From assembly GCA_002633005.1 (NCBI GenBank), contig NMRA01000931.1:28721-92720 (forward strand): a DNA stretch of 64,000 bases, written 5' to 3'. This DNA comes from Phoronis australis. Its lineage: Eukaryota > Animalia > Phoronida. The notes under the pieces were generated by a model. It was not told where the DNA came from. It did no database searches and worked only from the letters and a program-made list of their open reading frames with translations. Of the stretch, positions 1-11,799 are shown piece after piece. How positions within the stretch are numbered: the stretch's first letter is position 1; each line of letters begins with the position of its first letter. A program made the translations under genes and the position numbers.

Positions 1-99
1 CGACTGTGGTTAGTTACACCGACGAAAAAATCTACTGAAAGAGAGACGGAAGATCAAAGCAAACAACGTCAAGATACCATTGTCCGCCTTGTCCTGCAT
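1..99 (+). CDS. Possible upstream exon of the SAM-domain gene, truncated by the window edge
   Basis: Frame 1 is open (RLWLVTPTKKSTERETEDQSKQRQDTIVRLVLH) and ends at CAT|gtaaag, phase 0, compatible with the exon at 6398. No homology support and only a moderate donor. Confidence 0.25.
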
Positions 100-1419
100 G
101 TAAAGTGTGCTTTTTTCTCATTTGCTGTATTGTACTTGATATGACGCACGGACGAAACATGTATATGATTCTACGTTTATGTTAACCTTTTTAGTCCCTG
201 TTTCCACCCAACGCCTTCACAATGCGAATTCCATCTCGCTACGAGACTTTACTCAAGTGACATTTTCCTTATCGCTTACTCATCGCGCTCAGCTACGAAC
301 TTCGGCGCATATTTTTATAACTGATTAGCGAAATGCGCAAAACGTGTGCTTGTAATGAGGGCTGCTTGATCGCTCTTAAATGTAATGCTAAAATTTCCCG
401 CCGTCCTACCAGCGTGATATCACCGGGTTACATTCGTTTTGAGCAGTGAATTTATTGCAAGATTCCGATGAGTTGAAATCCGTTTTCCGATACATCATTC
501 AAAGACATACACTTGGTGCCAAAATTTTAATTTTAATACCTAGCCTTTCTATTGTCTCATTCTAATGCTTGAGCACTTACGGATGTTGCGATCTGACGTT
601 ATTCGAAAAACAGAGCTTTTACTGCGCCTTCATGGTTCAGCCGTTCTCCTGTATTCGTTATTTCGTTGCGATTTATGGCTTCTCGGGACGATTTACTAAC
701 TGACGTCATAAGAAGCTATTTCGTTACGACGACGTGACTGGAAGTGTCAAATGTGAATAGCTTTTGGCACGGCACTTTGAAATGGTAATAATTGCTTCGA
801 TAAGTATGCTAATTTCCTAACGCAAGGTTTTGTATGCGTGTCCCGGACGTGTGTTGCGGAATAAACTGTTCCCAATACGACTGTAATTGGTCGTGAAAGC
901 TTGGTCCCGTCTCTTGCGTCGACTTGCCCATGAGTGCTGTTCCTGCTTGTATTCCCTGGGGAGTACGGGTACGACCCACAGATTTTGTTACCTCGCGTTC
1001 AGATATAGGTCGCAAAGAAAATTTCAAATCAAAGGGTCACATAATGTAAACAAATCAGAATAAACAATGTCCTAATTTGTGATTTCCTAAATAACATTTC
1101 AAGACGATGAATACGTGGAGTGCTGTAGGAATCCCTCCCCCTGGCGAAGTGGAAAGGTAACTCTCCTGCTAAAAATCTGGATGGACTAAAGAGCACATTG
1201 TAAATGTAACCCGCGAAACGCGACAGGGTGACTCGTTCACGCTTCTCTCGGATTTTTGGATTGTGTCCCTCTTGGCATGCATCATCATAGAGATTTCGTG
1301 TTGTTGCAGTGTTGTATACGAATAATTTGACCAAAATCTGTTCGTACGACTGCTACTACGATGTCGTCCTCATCCGTATTTAAATGAGCCGGTAATTGAT
1401 AACATGTTGGCGATAACGT

Positions 1420-1805
1420 GGATTATTTTTCACCTTAATCCGGATTCCTGATAGGATTGCGCAAATGCCGTTCGCTTTCAACGTCATTGGCTTGTATAAT
1501 TATTACATCCTTCGTCAAATAATCCGCAGTTTCCATTCTTCTTTGTCTCGTTAGACTTGCGTGGCTGAATGCCGTAGCACAGGGTATTGTTTTCTTTGGC
1601 GATCGGAGTCCGTGACTGCCAAGTGCGGCAGGTGTTGTCAGAAGCTTCGTACACATTACGTAGATTCCATTCGTCGATCCTATGTAAAATCGCCAGAGGA
1701 TTACATGAAATGTGCTCAGTCCATCAATAAATTTTTGCCGTCAGTTGACCTATTTTCTTTATAGTTCAATTTTTATCGTTTCATCCGGTTGAACTCAAAT
1801 AATCC
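1420..1805. promoter_or_regulatory. Cluster of five K50-homeodomain (Otx/Crx/Pitx/Gsc-type) TAATCC sites
   Basis: GGATTA at 1420 and 1698; TAATCC at 1436, 1520 and 1800. Confidence 0.35.
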
Positions 1806-2056
1806 TTGATTTCCGTTGGGTTAATTTAGGCTACAAGGGAGCTACACATAGTTGTATTTCGTTTTTATTATATCTATTTAGTAAAAACTACCAAAAGTGA
1901 TTATTCGTTAACTCGTTATTTATTGTAAGCAGTTCTATCGCCTTGCTGTCCATCTGTCTTCTCTCGGAGCCATTTTCTTCCGATTTCCGGTTTCTTGGCA
2001 GATATTGAAGGTGATGCTGACGAGCCGTTATTACAGATTACAAAACTGAAAGCTGA

Positions 2057-2475
2057 AATCGATTAACGGTCGCACACGCCGTGAAATTGTTCGCGATCTT
2101 ATCCTCTGCTAATTAATTTTCTGCGCTTTACGGATAAATATTTCAATTAATTTGCAATAGGCCAAATCGATAATATCCGAACACGCCGCTGTTATGATTA
2201 TCGACCTCTTTTGTCTTGCACCCTGCAAAAACAAACTTCGCTGCAACTGTCGGTCGTAGCACCAATAACGGAATTTGCGGCGCGATAAAATATCTCTATT
2301 GTTCGGCGTTAATTAACTTGCGATCGATAGATTTGAAGAGAGTCGTCGCAAAATGATCTATCGACAGACCGTACGAGTAGATACTTTCAATAAAGAAATT
2401 TACCCTGGCCAACCAACCATCTGTCCGCCCGAAGTTAAATGGTATTTCGCCGCGATCAATAGGTCCGTATTGATC
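2057..2475. promoter_or_regulatory. Cluster of CUT-homeobox (Onecut/Cux-type) ATCRAT sites with TAATTA homeodomain sites
   Basis: AATCGATT 2057, AATCGATA 2165, GATCGATA 2322, and a perfect inverted pair GATCAATA-6nt-TATTGATC at 2454-2475; TAATTAAT near 2110 and TTAATTAA near 2309. Confidence 0.35.
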
Positions 2476-5400
2476 TCCGCGGCTTTCCTTATGAAGAATT
2501 GCAGAAAATCTTAAGGCACTCAGGATTCAGCTACACCAGTGCGAATGCTGGTTCACCAACGTTTCTCTTAGTTACTTAAAACGGTTGTAAGCCCGCCTAA
2601 GATAACTTACCGTTATGAAATTGGTCTCAACATTTTCCGTAGTCAAAAGAGGTTTTTTGTGCTTGGAAAGAACTGACCGCTGCTTTTTGCTAGACACCAG
2701 ACTCTTAAGTTGACCTGTCACGGCGTGACATTATCTCGAGGAATAACCAACTGCCAGTTTCTTGTAAAGTCAAAAATTCCTTATTATCTGAGTAAGGGGA
2801 ACAACTTGAGACGAATTAGTGCTAGAATATTTGTTGACAGTCACCTCTCCGATTAAGGCCCTGAGCGGTTTTCACTAACTTTATTCTATCTTATATTTTT
2901 GCTCCTTGAAATTGAATCTAGGCGCAGAAAATACTTGACAAAAACGCAAAATTGGCACTTTTTAGCCCCAAACCACCACTTGCCTGTCAATGCTCTGCAC
3001 AAGCCAAAACTAGATTTCGAAACCAAACTTATTACTGATTAGTATAAATAAATATGTCCTAAAAATGCTGCCATCAAATAGGCCGATACTATGCAATGGT
3101 GCATTGTTTGAGGGCTGCTTGAAATTGCAACTGGTTGATCAGCCATTGTAAGGCATTGCAAAGCAGGGGACCGCCATTTTGAAACAAGGTAATTTACATG
3201 TACAGCCGAGCTAGTGGACTTTTCTGAACAAGCTCACAAAAAGTCTTGCCAAACGGATGTGCAAACTGACCGCAGCTATAGGTCTAACATGGATGCTGCC
3301 TCCTCTCGACATAGCTAGTTCATGTACCTGTACAGTGTCTCCACCAAAGCAGTTCGTCAGCATGAGAGCGTTTTTGAGCTGTCTTACGTCACTACCTGAA
3401 TGCATGGGAAGGGCCGTTCGTTATCTTGCTAGTGCCACCTGGTGGATTTAAGGTACCCCATTGCTTTCATACATAGTTCGAATGATGTCAAGTACACGAA
3501 AGCCCCAAAAGTTATGCGCACATTCCAAAAAATGTGATTGTATACGTCATTACAATTGAGAACGGTGAGAAGAAATCACTGTTGAAAATCATCGTATTTT
3601 GGTGAGAGCGATAGTACACGAAATCATGACCACCTAATTTCCGGTTTAAACCAATTCGCGCTACGTCTTCGTGCTTCCTGATTCGTAAGTTGCAGATAAA
3701 TCAATTGCGAGAGTATGTGAGACAGATCGGCAACTCGTTGTGATCACGGAAACCAAATTTCCGATTTTGCGCTTGATCACGAAAAAATGTTCAGCTCATT
3801 TCCTGACCGGCCGTAATAAAAATTACCGCTAATCCCTCACCGACGGAATTCTCGTCACGTGACGATGACGTGTAACAGCTCATTTCAATTATTTGCTTAC
3901 TTATTATTAAAATCATGGCCGTTTGTCTAAATAGCATTAACCGTGCGCTTCGCCAGATGGGTCTGGATAAGCAATCGCTACATTTCCTTCGTAATCCGTA
4001 AATGCTTCATCGATTATCTTATCGCGTTAGCCTACGAAACAATACCGTGTAACAATACGCCGACGCCAGTCGTAATAGATTAGCCCGCAGAAATGTGACT
4101 ATACGGACATTGTTCTGTGATAAGAAAACGATAGTCGCCCACCGACGTTTGTCGAATTTTATCTCCTCGGTGAGTTCTCAAGTGTGTGCGTGAAGAATGG
4201 CCGTATCAACGACATCTTTGAACACCACTGGGTTGGAACTCACGTTTTGTTTTTAATACGGCGATTTAGACTTCCTGTTTACGCGTGATAAAAAAACATG
4301 GACCAAGTGGAGTTCACTGATTGCTTCTAAGGGAATATTTATCCTCGATGACTTGATTTGTTTTAGTTTGAAGTTTGCAATTTTGACTTCACGTAATTAG
4401 CTCAGTATTGGGTTTTTTAATAACATTTAATCTACTTCTAGTCGGATGATGAATAATATTTCAGTCACTATACTCATACTTAAAGAGTTCTATATTGGGC
4501 TCACGAAACTGACACATCGAATCGAAGCGGCGCGCCACTTTTGCCAACGTGTATAGAATGCGTGTTCACTCCTTTCCGATTTTATTTATCAATCACGCGT
4601 TTTCCGTTTTTGACGACAGACTTGAGAATTTTATTTCTAATGATAAACATGAGGTGGTGTCGCGATGTTAGTCGTAGATCACAGCGCACGTATGCGAATC
4701 GTTTAATAACGGGTGGCATCGGTTTTAAATGAATTCTACAAATGGTTGCCTTACTTCTGTTTTTAATGGAACTTTCGTGATCCGGTATAATTAGACAATA
4801 ATGGCAACTGAACAGTCATAAACAACTCGGAGTAAAACCGGAAGTAATGGCAATTTCAAACGGCGACATTTCGTGACTGTTATCACTATAACTAAACGTC
4901 ATTTTTGTTAGCGGTGGATGATAAAATGATTAAAGTAAATCATCTGTAAAATCGTGTGCAGTTGATAACCACAAAATTGGAAAGCTTATATTTGGTTGAC
5001 TTTGTAGTGAAGGGACTTTCGCTGTTGGCTAAGTTAACCGTATCTGTCAATTTTTTGAGATTGAGTTGAAACATGCTGGCGAAGTATGGATTGAAATGTT
5101 CGCGGCTTGGTTTCGGCATTTGAAGACTTATAAATCGATTTTGTATGTCGATTTACAAAAACGGCAAACAACTGATGTATCATTTTTCGCCTGAGAACAC
5201 ATCAAACATTTGATCATCCAATTATTGGAAACATCGATTAATCGACAGACGTCGTCTTTTGTCTTGTCGAACATAAAATTTTAGGTAAAGCTCCAATACA
5301 CAGCTTTATCAGTGTACTTTTCATAACTATCTATTGTAATTTATTTGAAAAGATTTCCTTAAATAAAAAAGCATTTTAATAATTTAATAATGGGACAATA

Positions 5401-6397
5401 AAAACGAAAGAAAGTGATTATCTGAGGTTAATCTCAGTACATAATCGAACCTGGAAACCCCCTGCGTCCACAGCCAAACACTCAGTGGATTTAAATCCCA
5501 CTCGCTATTGGCAGAGCATTTTAAGCGTAGTTAACTGGAAATGTGATCGGCCTCGACTTCAGCCTATGTCTAGCAGACAACCGTAAGAATTGGTAATTTG
5601 TAATGAAATCACAAAAACACAGCGGATTTCTGTTGTTTTACAGCTCTGGTCAAAGCTAACAACTTCAAGAAGTACATCCCAAAATGTGCTTTCGGCTGTA
5701 AAACCGATAATGCGCGTTGAATACCGTTTTTCATTCACACACTCGCTAGAAATAAAAACGGCTGTAAAAATAAATCACCTATATCGTTGTAAGATCGGTC
5801 TCAAATTGTTGCTTAGTCTAACTAGATTTGATTTCTGAGTGGGCTGAGAAAGATCTAACGGTTTTGTTCCTGCTTGAGACTAGGATCAGCAGTCGAGTTG
5901 GCTAATGTCACTTCGTGTCCTTGTCAATTTGTGCATGGTCTCCAGCAATAATGAAATGTCAGCTCTGTGGAAGCACTGGAATCATTTCTCATTTGAGCAA
6001 GGAACAAGATGACATCAATTTTATACCGGTAAATAGTCTAAAGCAAGAGTTAGTTTCCTCCGGCTTTGTAACTTTCCGGTAAAGGGCAATGCGTCGCCAA
6101 CCACCCCTCCCCCCAACAACTCCTCAAGAAAATGTTTTTTGTAAAACCAATTATGCAAAATACCAATACAGCCAAGAACAGCCATTCTTTGGATAAAAAA
6201 ATGGTAACGCTGTTAGAGAATTCCTACAGTATTCCAACGAATGGCTGTGTTTGATTTGACTATTCACGGGTTCGTCCTTCTGACTAAGACGGCTTTAATA
6301 AACGAGACTGCTATTACGAGGATCCAATAGTTTCAGGTTTGCTCATTGAAAAATCTTTACTTGGCTTATTGATATCACGTTTTACTCGTGCCTACAG

Positions 6398-6564
6398 GGT
6401 AAAACTCGATCCACTGGAAAACGCGATACACACAAAGAGTTCCGGTATGACGTCGTTTTCCCAACCAACGAGCCGATTGTGGCATCAGACGCGGCATCTA
6501 GCGACAAGGAAGAAAAGGATTCTGACACGACGATGCCGTCACCGCAAAAGAATCACGCGCAAAG
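6398..6564 (+). CDS. SAM-domain gene, internal coding exon (GKTRSTGKRDTHKEFRYDVVFPTNEPIVASDAASSDKEEKDSDTTMPSPQKNHAQR)
   Basis: Acceptor cctacag|GGT and donor AAAG|gtaaac. The 167 nt are open; the trailing AG joins the A at 9626 to give Arg in the frame of the PLDLS exon. Confidence 0.7.
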
Positions 6565-9500
6565 GTAAACAGTCGTACCAAACGCATATTTGTCTAGCTA
6601 TGTTTCCTCCTGACTAGATTTCCCGTAACTTCCTTTAACAATGCACAACGAAGGTGCTTTTGTTTCTGAAATATGGAACGATGTCTGAATGTTTTATCTC
6701 ATGGATTATATAGTGTTTCAAAGACGATCTTTCATTGTTTGAAACGTTGCTTATATATACGCTCACTAGCGCTCAATCAGATGTGTAAGTCTGGTAGTAC
6801 ACATCATGTTCCCTCAAGTTATTATTTCTCCAATATGTGAAAATTTCTTTTAACGTTTCCAGCAAGGTTAGTTTGCGCCGGCGTCATATTGAGCTAATTG
6901 TGTACGTGTGCATTTGTGCGAGTAGGTGTTTGAGTCTACTCTAATTTAAGCTACGGTGTTCTAATGTCATTGTAGCAACATTTACGTAATGCTTGGTTCA
7001 TAATGTGGCGTTGAAAAACTGTTTTCCTGAAATACATTTCCTCTATTTCAAGGACTGGAAAATTGTCGAGAATCATTGAAACTCTCCGTACCTCTCGTGA
7101 GAAAGAAAACTTTGATCGAGTCGAGCAATCGGATGGTGTCCGTGACCGAGTCGAATATTCCGCACAAGTTCGCTTCCAAGGTAAAAATGTCCCATAATCC
7201 CAGAAGTTGACTGGTGAAACCAACCTCGCACAGAACGATAATTCTTTCATAAAGTTTGAACTGCTGTTGTTGATGTCAACGTCAGTGTTACGCTGATTTA
7301 TTGGAGGGCTTTCTTCAAGAGCTAGTGCGAAGACGAAAAATGTTTAATTCTTATTTCTGTTCATCTTAGGCCACTCAGATATTTGCGATATTGTTTGTTG
7401 GCGAAAGTCCAACTTCCGCCGACGACAAAACTAAGTCAGCTGAATATCAACCACATGTGCGTCACCAGACAATATTTACGCGTTATCTTTATACTTGGTT
7501 CATAGTCTCATGCATGTGACATTTATTAACTCGCCGAGAGCAGAAAACCATCCCTCCCGCATTTTAAATTCTCATTTCTGCGGGCTTAATTTCAAACTCT
7601 AAAAATCTCTTCAGACTTATAATTTTTAAGCTTCGTGCACATTCTCCAGTGTTGCTATTCAAGGTAGTCACATTCGTTCTTTGTGCGTTCGAGCTCGTCT
7701 ATCAACATTTTGATGGTACGGACTGCGGACAGGTTTTCACCAAAATATCCCTTGAGGGCGACACTGCCCACTGAGTTCTTAATCAGATTGTACATCGCTT
7801 TTGGTCCCCACTTAGTAGTTCGAGATTTCACTGAGAACTGCCTGGCTGCGGTAGGGCCGTTAATAATTACGAACGTGTGATATATGTGTGCACGTACTGA
7901 AGTGCATGCGCTTACATGTATTTGTGAAGAGTGAAGATATGCACCTGTGTCCAGAACTAAGCGCATGTGCCTATATGTGAAACGCTGGAGTAAAACTGAG
8001 AAGCACATTCTCTCATGCTAGTGGACATTGTCTAATCCATTACAACACGGAAGACGATGCCTTGAATTCAGTTTCAATCTAACCAGTAAATGAAAAATAT
8101 TGGAAATGGACACGAATAACACCCTCTTTGGTCACGTATGCAAGCGCTGATAACTGACTGTGTTTACAAATGACCATGCGCCTATATGTGAAGCATTTCT
8201 GTGAGGCATTTTCAAGCTCAGTAACCTAAATACGAGCATGCACGGTAAAAGTTTTTGTCAGGAGTCAGTTAAGAAATTCGACATCGACTTACTGTTTTGT
8301 GGATTTATATTCGTAATTTTTTACTATAGGCTTACAAGATTGATATTTTTGAGGCAAATTTCAGGAATTCCTGTTATGTATTTCTTCATGTTTGCGGTTA
8401 ATGTTTTCAGACATGCGACGAAGTCCGTCTACATCTCCGAACCTTGTGTATACTCCTACTATAGAACAGCTCAACTGGACGGCCGGCTTCAACAAGTTGA
8501 GTGCTCCGAGAAAAAGGTTCGTAACATGGCAAATCCTGGAGAATTACAATCTTATGAGCGAGATTGACCACCCAAGAACGTTATCCTTGTTCTTAAGACG
8601 TTTTTATAGGTCAGTTAGGTTTACTAAACAGGCGCCGTTCGAAGACGGGGTTTGCCTTCAACAGGGCAGCAGTGACGGCACGCTTTATGCGAATCCCTCA
8701 CTGCATATGAACAACAAAAGGCACAATACCTTGTGACAGAATCAGTTTGAGATCAGGTCGCCAATATCGACTCTTTTTGGGTACGAGATTTTATATTTAT
8801 CCCATACGCGTTGAATCTGTCGAGGGAAATACGGCCATGTAATAAAGATTTCCGTATTCACCCCCCCGCACTACTTCAACAGTAACCTCTGACATGGAAA
8901 GTTCAAAAGGTAGGTCAATGTCGACTCGACGTCGTTAGCCGGTTCGATCACGAAACTTTCGGAAAATAGTTTAAGTAATACAATTGTAGCAGTGTAACTA
9001 ACACCCAACATGCAACCAGGTCTCAGTGGTAACATTTGGAACAGGACTGTTAATTATATGACAGTTCTGCCTCAGCTTTCATTTGCTAAATATTGTATCG
9101 TCTGCAACTCAGGCCTCAATTCCACGGTAACTACTATATCAAATATTGTTGTTATTTAACTATTTTCAGGAGATGTTAGAAGTTCAGTGCAAAGTTAGCG
9201 TTGTTTGCATCTTTGATATCTCTTTTCAAGTAATAAATCGACACATTTAAAACTGTTTCTTTTGCTAGAGAAAACTTGCAACTCACGCGCAAGTACATAC
9301 ATATAGGATGTGATCCGCCACGTGAACAGTCGGAGTGAAGTATTTAAAAAATCTGCAGAAAAAATGATAGAAACTTAAGAATTCGAAGCGTATGGGATAA
9401 ATACAAAACGCACCTCGATTGGCGTACATGAAGTGATATCCCACTCGACATTATTCCGGGTATCGACCTCGAACCTCGGTCTCGGTCGATACGCGTAATA

Positions 9501-11799
9501 ATGTTTCGTGGGATATTACTGCATGGACGCCACTCTCGGTACGTTTCGTATATGTATTCGCCTATCCTGAAAGGTTTATATACTGAAAAATATTTGATTG
9601 GTTTTTTTCTTTCATGTCATTTCAGACCTCCTCATAAAAGTCCTTGGAAGCGCCCTGTTTCACCTTCATGGATGGACAGAAGTCTTCTCAAGCGACCGCA
9701 CGACGATGTCGTGCCTTTAGATTTAAGCCTAAAGAAACAAAGGTATGAACATATGAACGATGGCAAATGCCAAAGAGCAACACGTTCCGACAGTTTTTCG
9801 TCAGAAGACGGGTCTTCGAGGACTGACGATGTGCGACTAGATTCGCCACACCAGTACACTGAGTTTAAAACAGCCGATAGATGTCAGTCATTGTTGGTTT
9901 CGCCGCCGTCCCCAAATGATTGGTATCCGCTAAAAATACCATCTTTGCAAGGATTGAACATTATTGGGAAGGCAGCTACAAAACCCCACTCGTCTGCAAA
10001 TGACAGTAACACGCAAATCAATGGGAATGAACTTGAAGTTATTAAAAAGCCTTTTGATAAGGGTGACAATGGGCCCAGTAGTACAGGAACGGAATGTTCG
10101 AGTGGAACTGTTAACTACGCAATGGACAATTGGACGATAGATGACGTGAAAAGATTTGTTTTGAAAATATGTGGCGATGACCAGATCGTTCAGGTGAGAA
10201 TAACGTGTTCGTATCGTTGGTGTTTTATTTATTTTGCTTCCACATTACGTCATACGTTAACAACCCCACTGTATCCGCCGATAAATACGAGAGTCTAGAT
10301 TGTGCAGCCTGGAAAAAGCAATTAACTTTGAAACCCAACGCTAGCATGTTATCTTACTTAGATCCGGTCAGATTATCTCCACATGTAACCAGATGTGGTA
10401 CTTCCCGGCGAAAAAAGGATGACATTATCTTGTAATATCGAACATCAAAAGCAATGCCAAGCGACCGTTTTTGATCTCTATAACGTCAGCTTCCCTTTCT
10501 TGCAAATTGTCCCTTTGTCGAATTAATTTTGGGCGTATTTACGAAATGTGTCCGATTTCCACGACATGCCGTCTGGCAGTTTTAGACACGTGAGCTTATC
10601 TTGATGTTTCAAAACAAACCTCTTATACACTACATAATGTGATGTATGAGAAGTGTGTTCCAAAAAGGTTTAGATAAGCTCCCTTCGTTCTTGGTGATCT
10701 TTCTCTTGTACGAGACGGTCTCGCCACCTGGTGACTGAGAAGAGTTACTTCTCGTTACACGCACGCCCATGTTTCGCAGCATTGGCTAGGAAGAAGTCCA
10801 TGCCCTTTTGTTCATTGCCATACAGTTACTGTTAGAATTGTGGGATTAAATTGGTAGCAACCGCCAGGGATGAAAAACTGGTGTCGACCCGGGGAGCAGC
10901 AGGGAATTTCAAGCTACGAGGGAGCGCAAAAAGTTGGTCTTCGAGAGCGAGAAATAAGACTACCAAGGAAGTGCGGTAAACGAAAGTGATATGGCACTAC
11001 TTAGTGAGATAAGGATTTCATCGTTATCTTCTTGCACGGGTGACCATACTCCATATGTACTCCACACCTCCGCCCCCTTGAATAGTTCTGCCTACACACG
11101 TGCTGGACAAGAATGAGCGCCATTTCCCTGTTTCCGGTCATTTGCATTTACTCACAATACTCTTCCCAATTTTTGTATCTAAAGTTCGTTTTCATTTGGC
11201 GACCTAAGTTTTTTACACGACAGCGTGTCAAATGAACAACTCATTCGCCACTTAATTCTGTTAAAAGTCTTTCAAGGTTCTTTCTTCGGTTGATTTTGCA
11301 AAAGTAGGCCTATTTTATTGTCATAACTAAGCTCAAGCGTGCGCGCGAGTCTTAATTCTTTCTTGACGGTATTGATCAGAAATTTGCTGAAGGTCCGCAA
11401 ACAAAAACACTGCCCCGTGAGCTGTAAGGAGGGCATACTTGCGCATGCCCAGAGTGAGCAAGTTTGGGTGTGGTAAATGATCTACTACTGAGTAAACGGA
11501 ACTAACGGATTTAGAATACGACGAACAGTTGTTACTCGAAATTCCCATTGCAGTTTGATGTTAATGCCACTTTTCAGGCCCATTGTTATTTCAAACATTT
11601 TCTTTTAAAGGAATTGAGCAAGCAGCATGTCGACGGGAAAAGTTTGCGTTTATTGACCGTTGACCACCTGGTTGGAGTGCTAGCGATGAAGCTTGGACCA
11701 GCCGTTCGTCTTTGTGCGGAAATCTCGAAACAGTGCGGCAAGTGCGAGATTTGCCATCACTGTTTACACTGCCATGGCGGAAGTGAAGAAAAGAGCTAA
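6398..11799 (+). CDS. Spliced gene (5' end not resolved): SAM-domain protein of the Polyhomeotic/Scm/SAMD7-SAMD11/Samuel-like group with a PLDLS CtBP-binding motif; exons 6398-6564, 9626-10193, 11611-11799
   Basis: Joining the three exons keeps the frame (phase 2, then phase 0). The SAM domain reads WTIDDVKRFVLKICGDDQIVQ|ELSKQHVDGKSLRLLTVDHLVGVLAMKLGPAVRLCAEISK, with the W..DDV..F, DG..L.LL..HL and MKLGPA signatures of Ph/Scm-type SAM domains. VVPLDLSLKK lies in the middle exon; stop TAA at 11797-11799. Confidence 0.85.
9260..9560 (+). repeat. Dispersed interspersed repeat (relative at ~50960-51200; inverted fragment at ~8780-8815)
   Basis: GAATTCGAAGCGTATGGGATAAATACAAAACGCACCTCG at 9379 matches GAATTCGATGCGTATGGGATAAATACAAAACGTACCTCG at ~51089; reverse-complement TATTTATCCCATACGC near 8793. 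Boundaries are approximate. Confidence 0.6.
9626..10193 (+). CDS. SAM-domain gene exon: PLDLS motif, Ser/Pro-rich linker, first half of the SAM domain
   Basis: Pyrimidine-rich acceptor tttttttctttcatgtcatttcag|A and donor CAG|gtgaga. Lies inside supplied ORF 9501..10298. Confidence 0.88.
11611..11799 (+). CDS. SAM-domain gene last coding exon: second half of SAM plus the CGKCEICHHCLHCH tail
   Basis: Acceptor ttttcttttaaag|GAA; translation ELSKQHVDGKSLRLLTVDHLVGVLAMKLGPAVRL...GGSEEKS*. Confidence 0.88.
   Translation, partial: ELSKQHVDGKSLRLLTVDHLVGVLAMKLGPAVRLCAEISKQCGKCEICHHCLHCHGGSEEKS

Noticed and set aside
2002-2066. Possible small exon after the acceptor-like tttcttggcag (IEGDADEPLLQITKLKAEID*)
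   Set aside because: Runs into a stop, has no homology, and its phase cannot be tied to the SAM gene.
5425-5485. tRNA-like sequence on the minus strand (GGTTCGATT B-box); a similar stretch near 48340-48400
   Set aside because: No complete cloverleaf or acceptor stem is visible; at most decayed tRNA-derived SINE heads, not tRNA genes.
9501-10298. 265-aa single-exon gene
   Set aside because: Only 9626-10193 is exonic. The flanks are intronic (repeat and polypyrimidine tract) and the SAM domain is completed by the exon at 11611.
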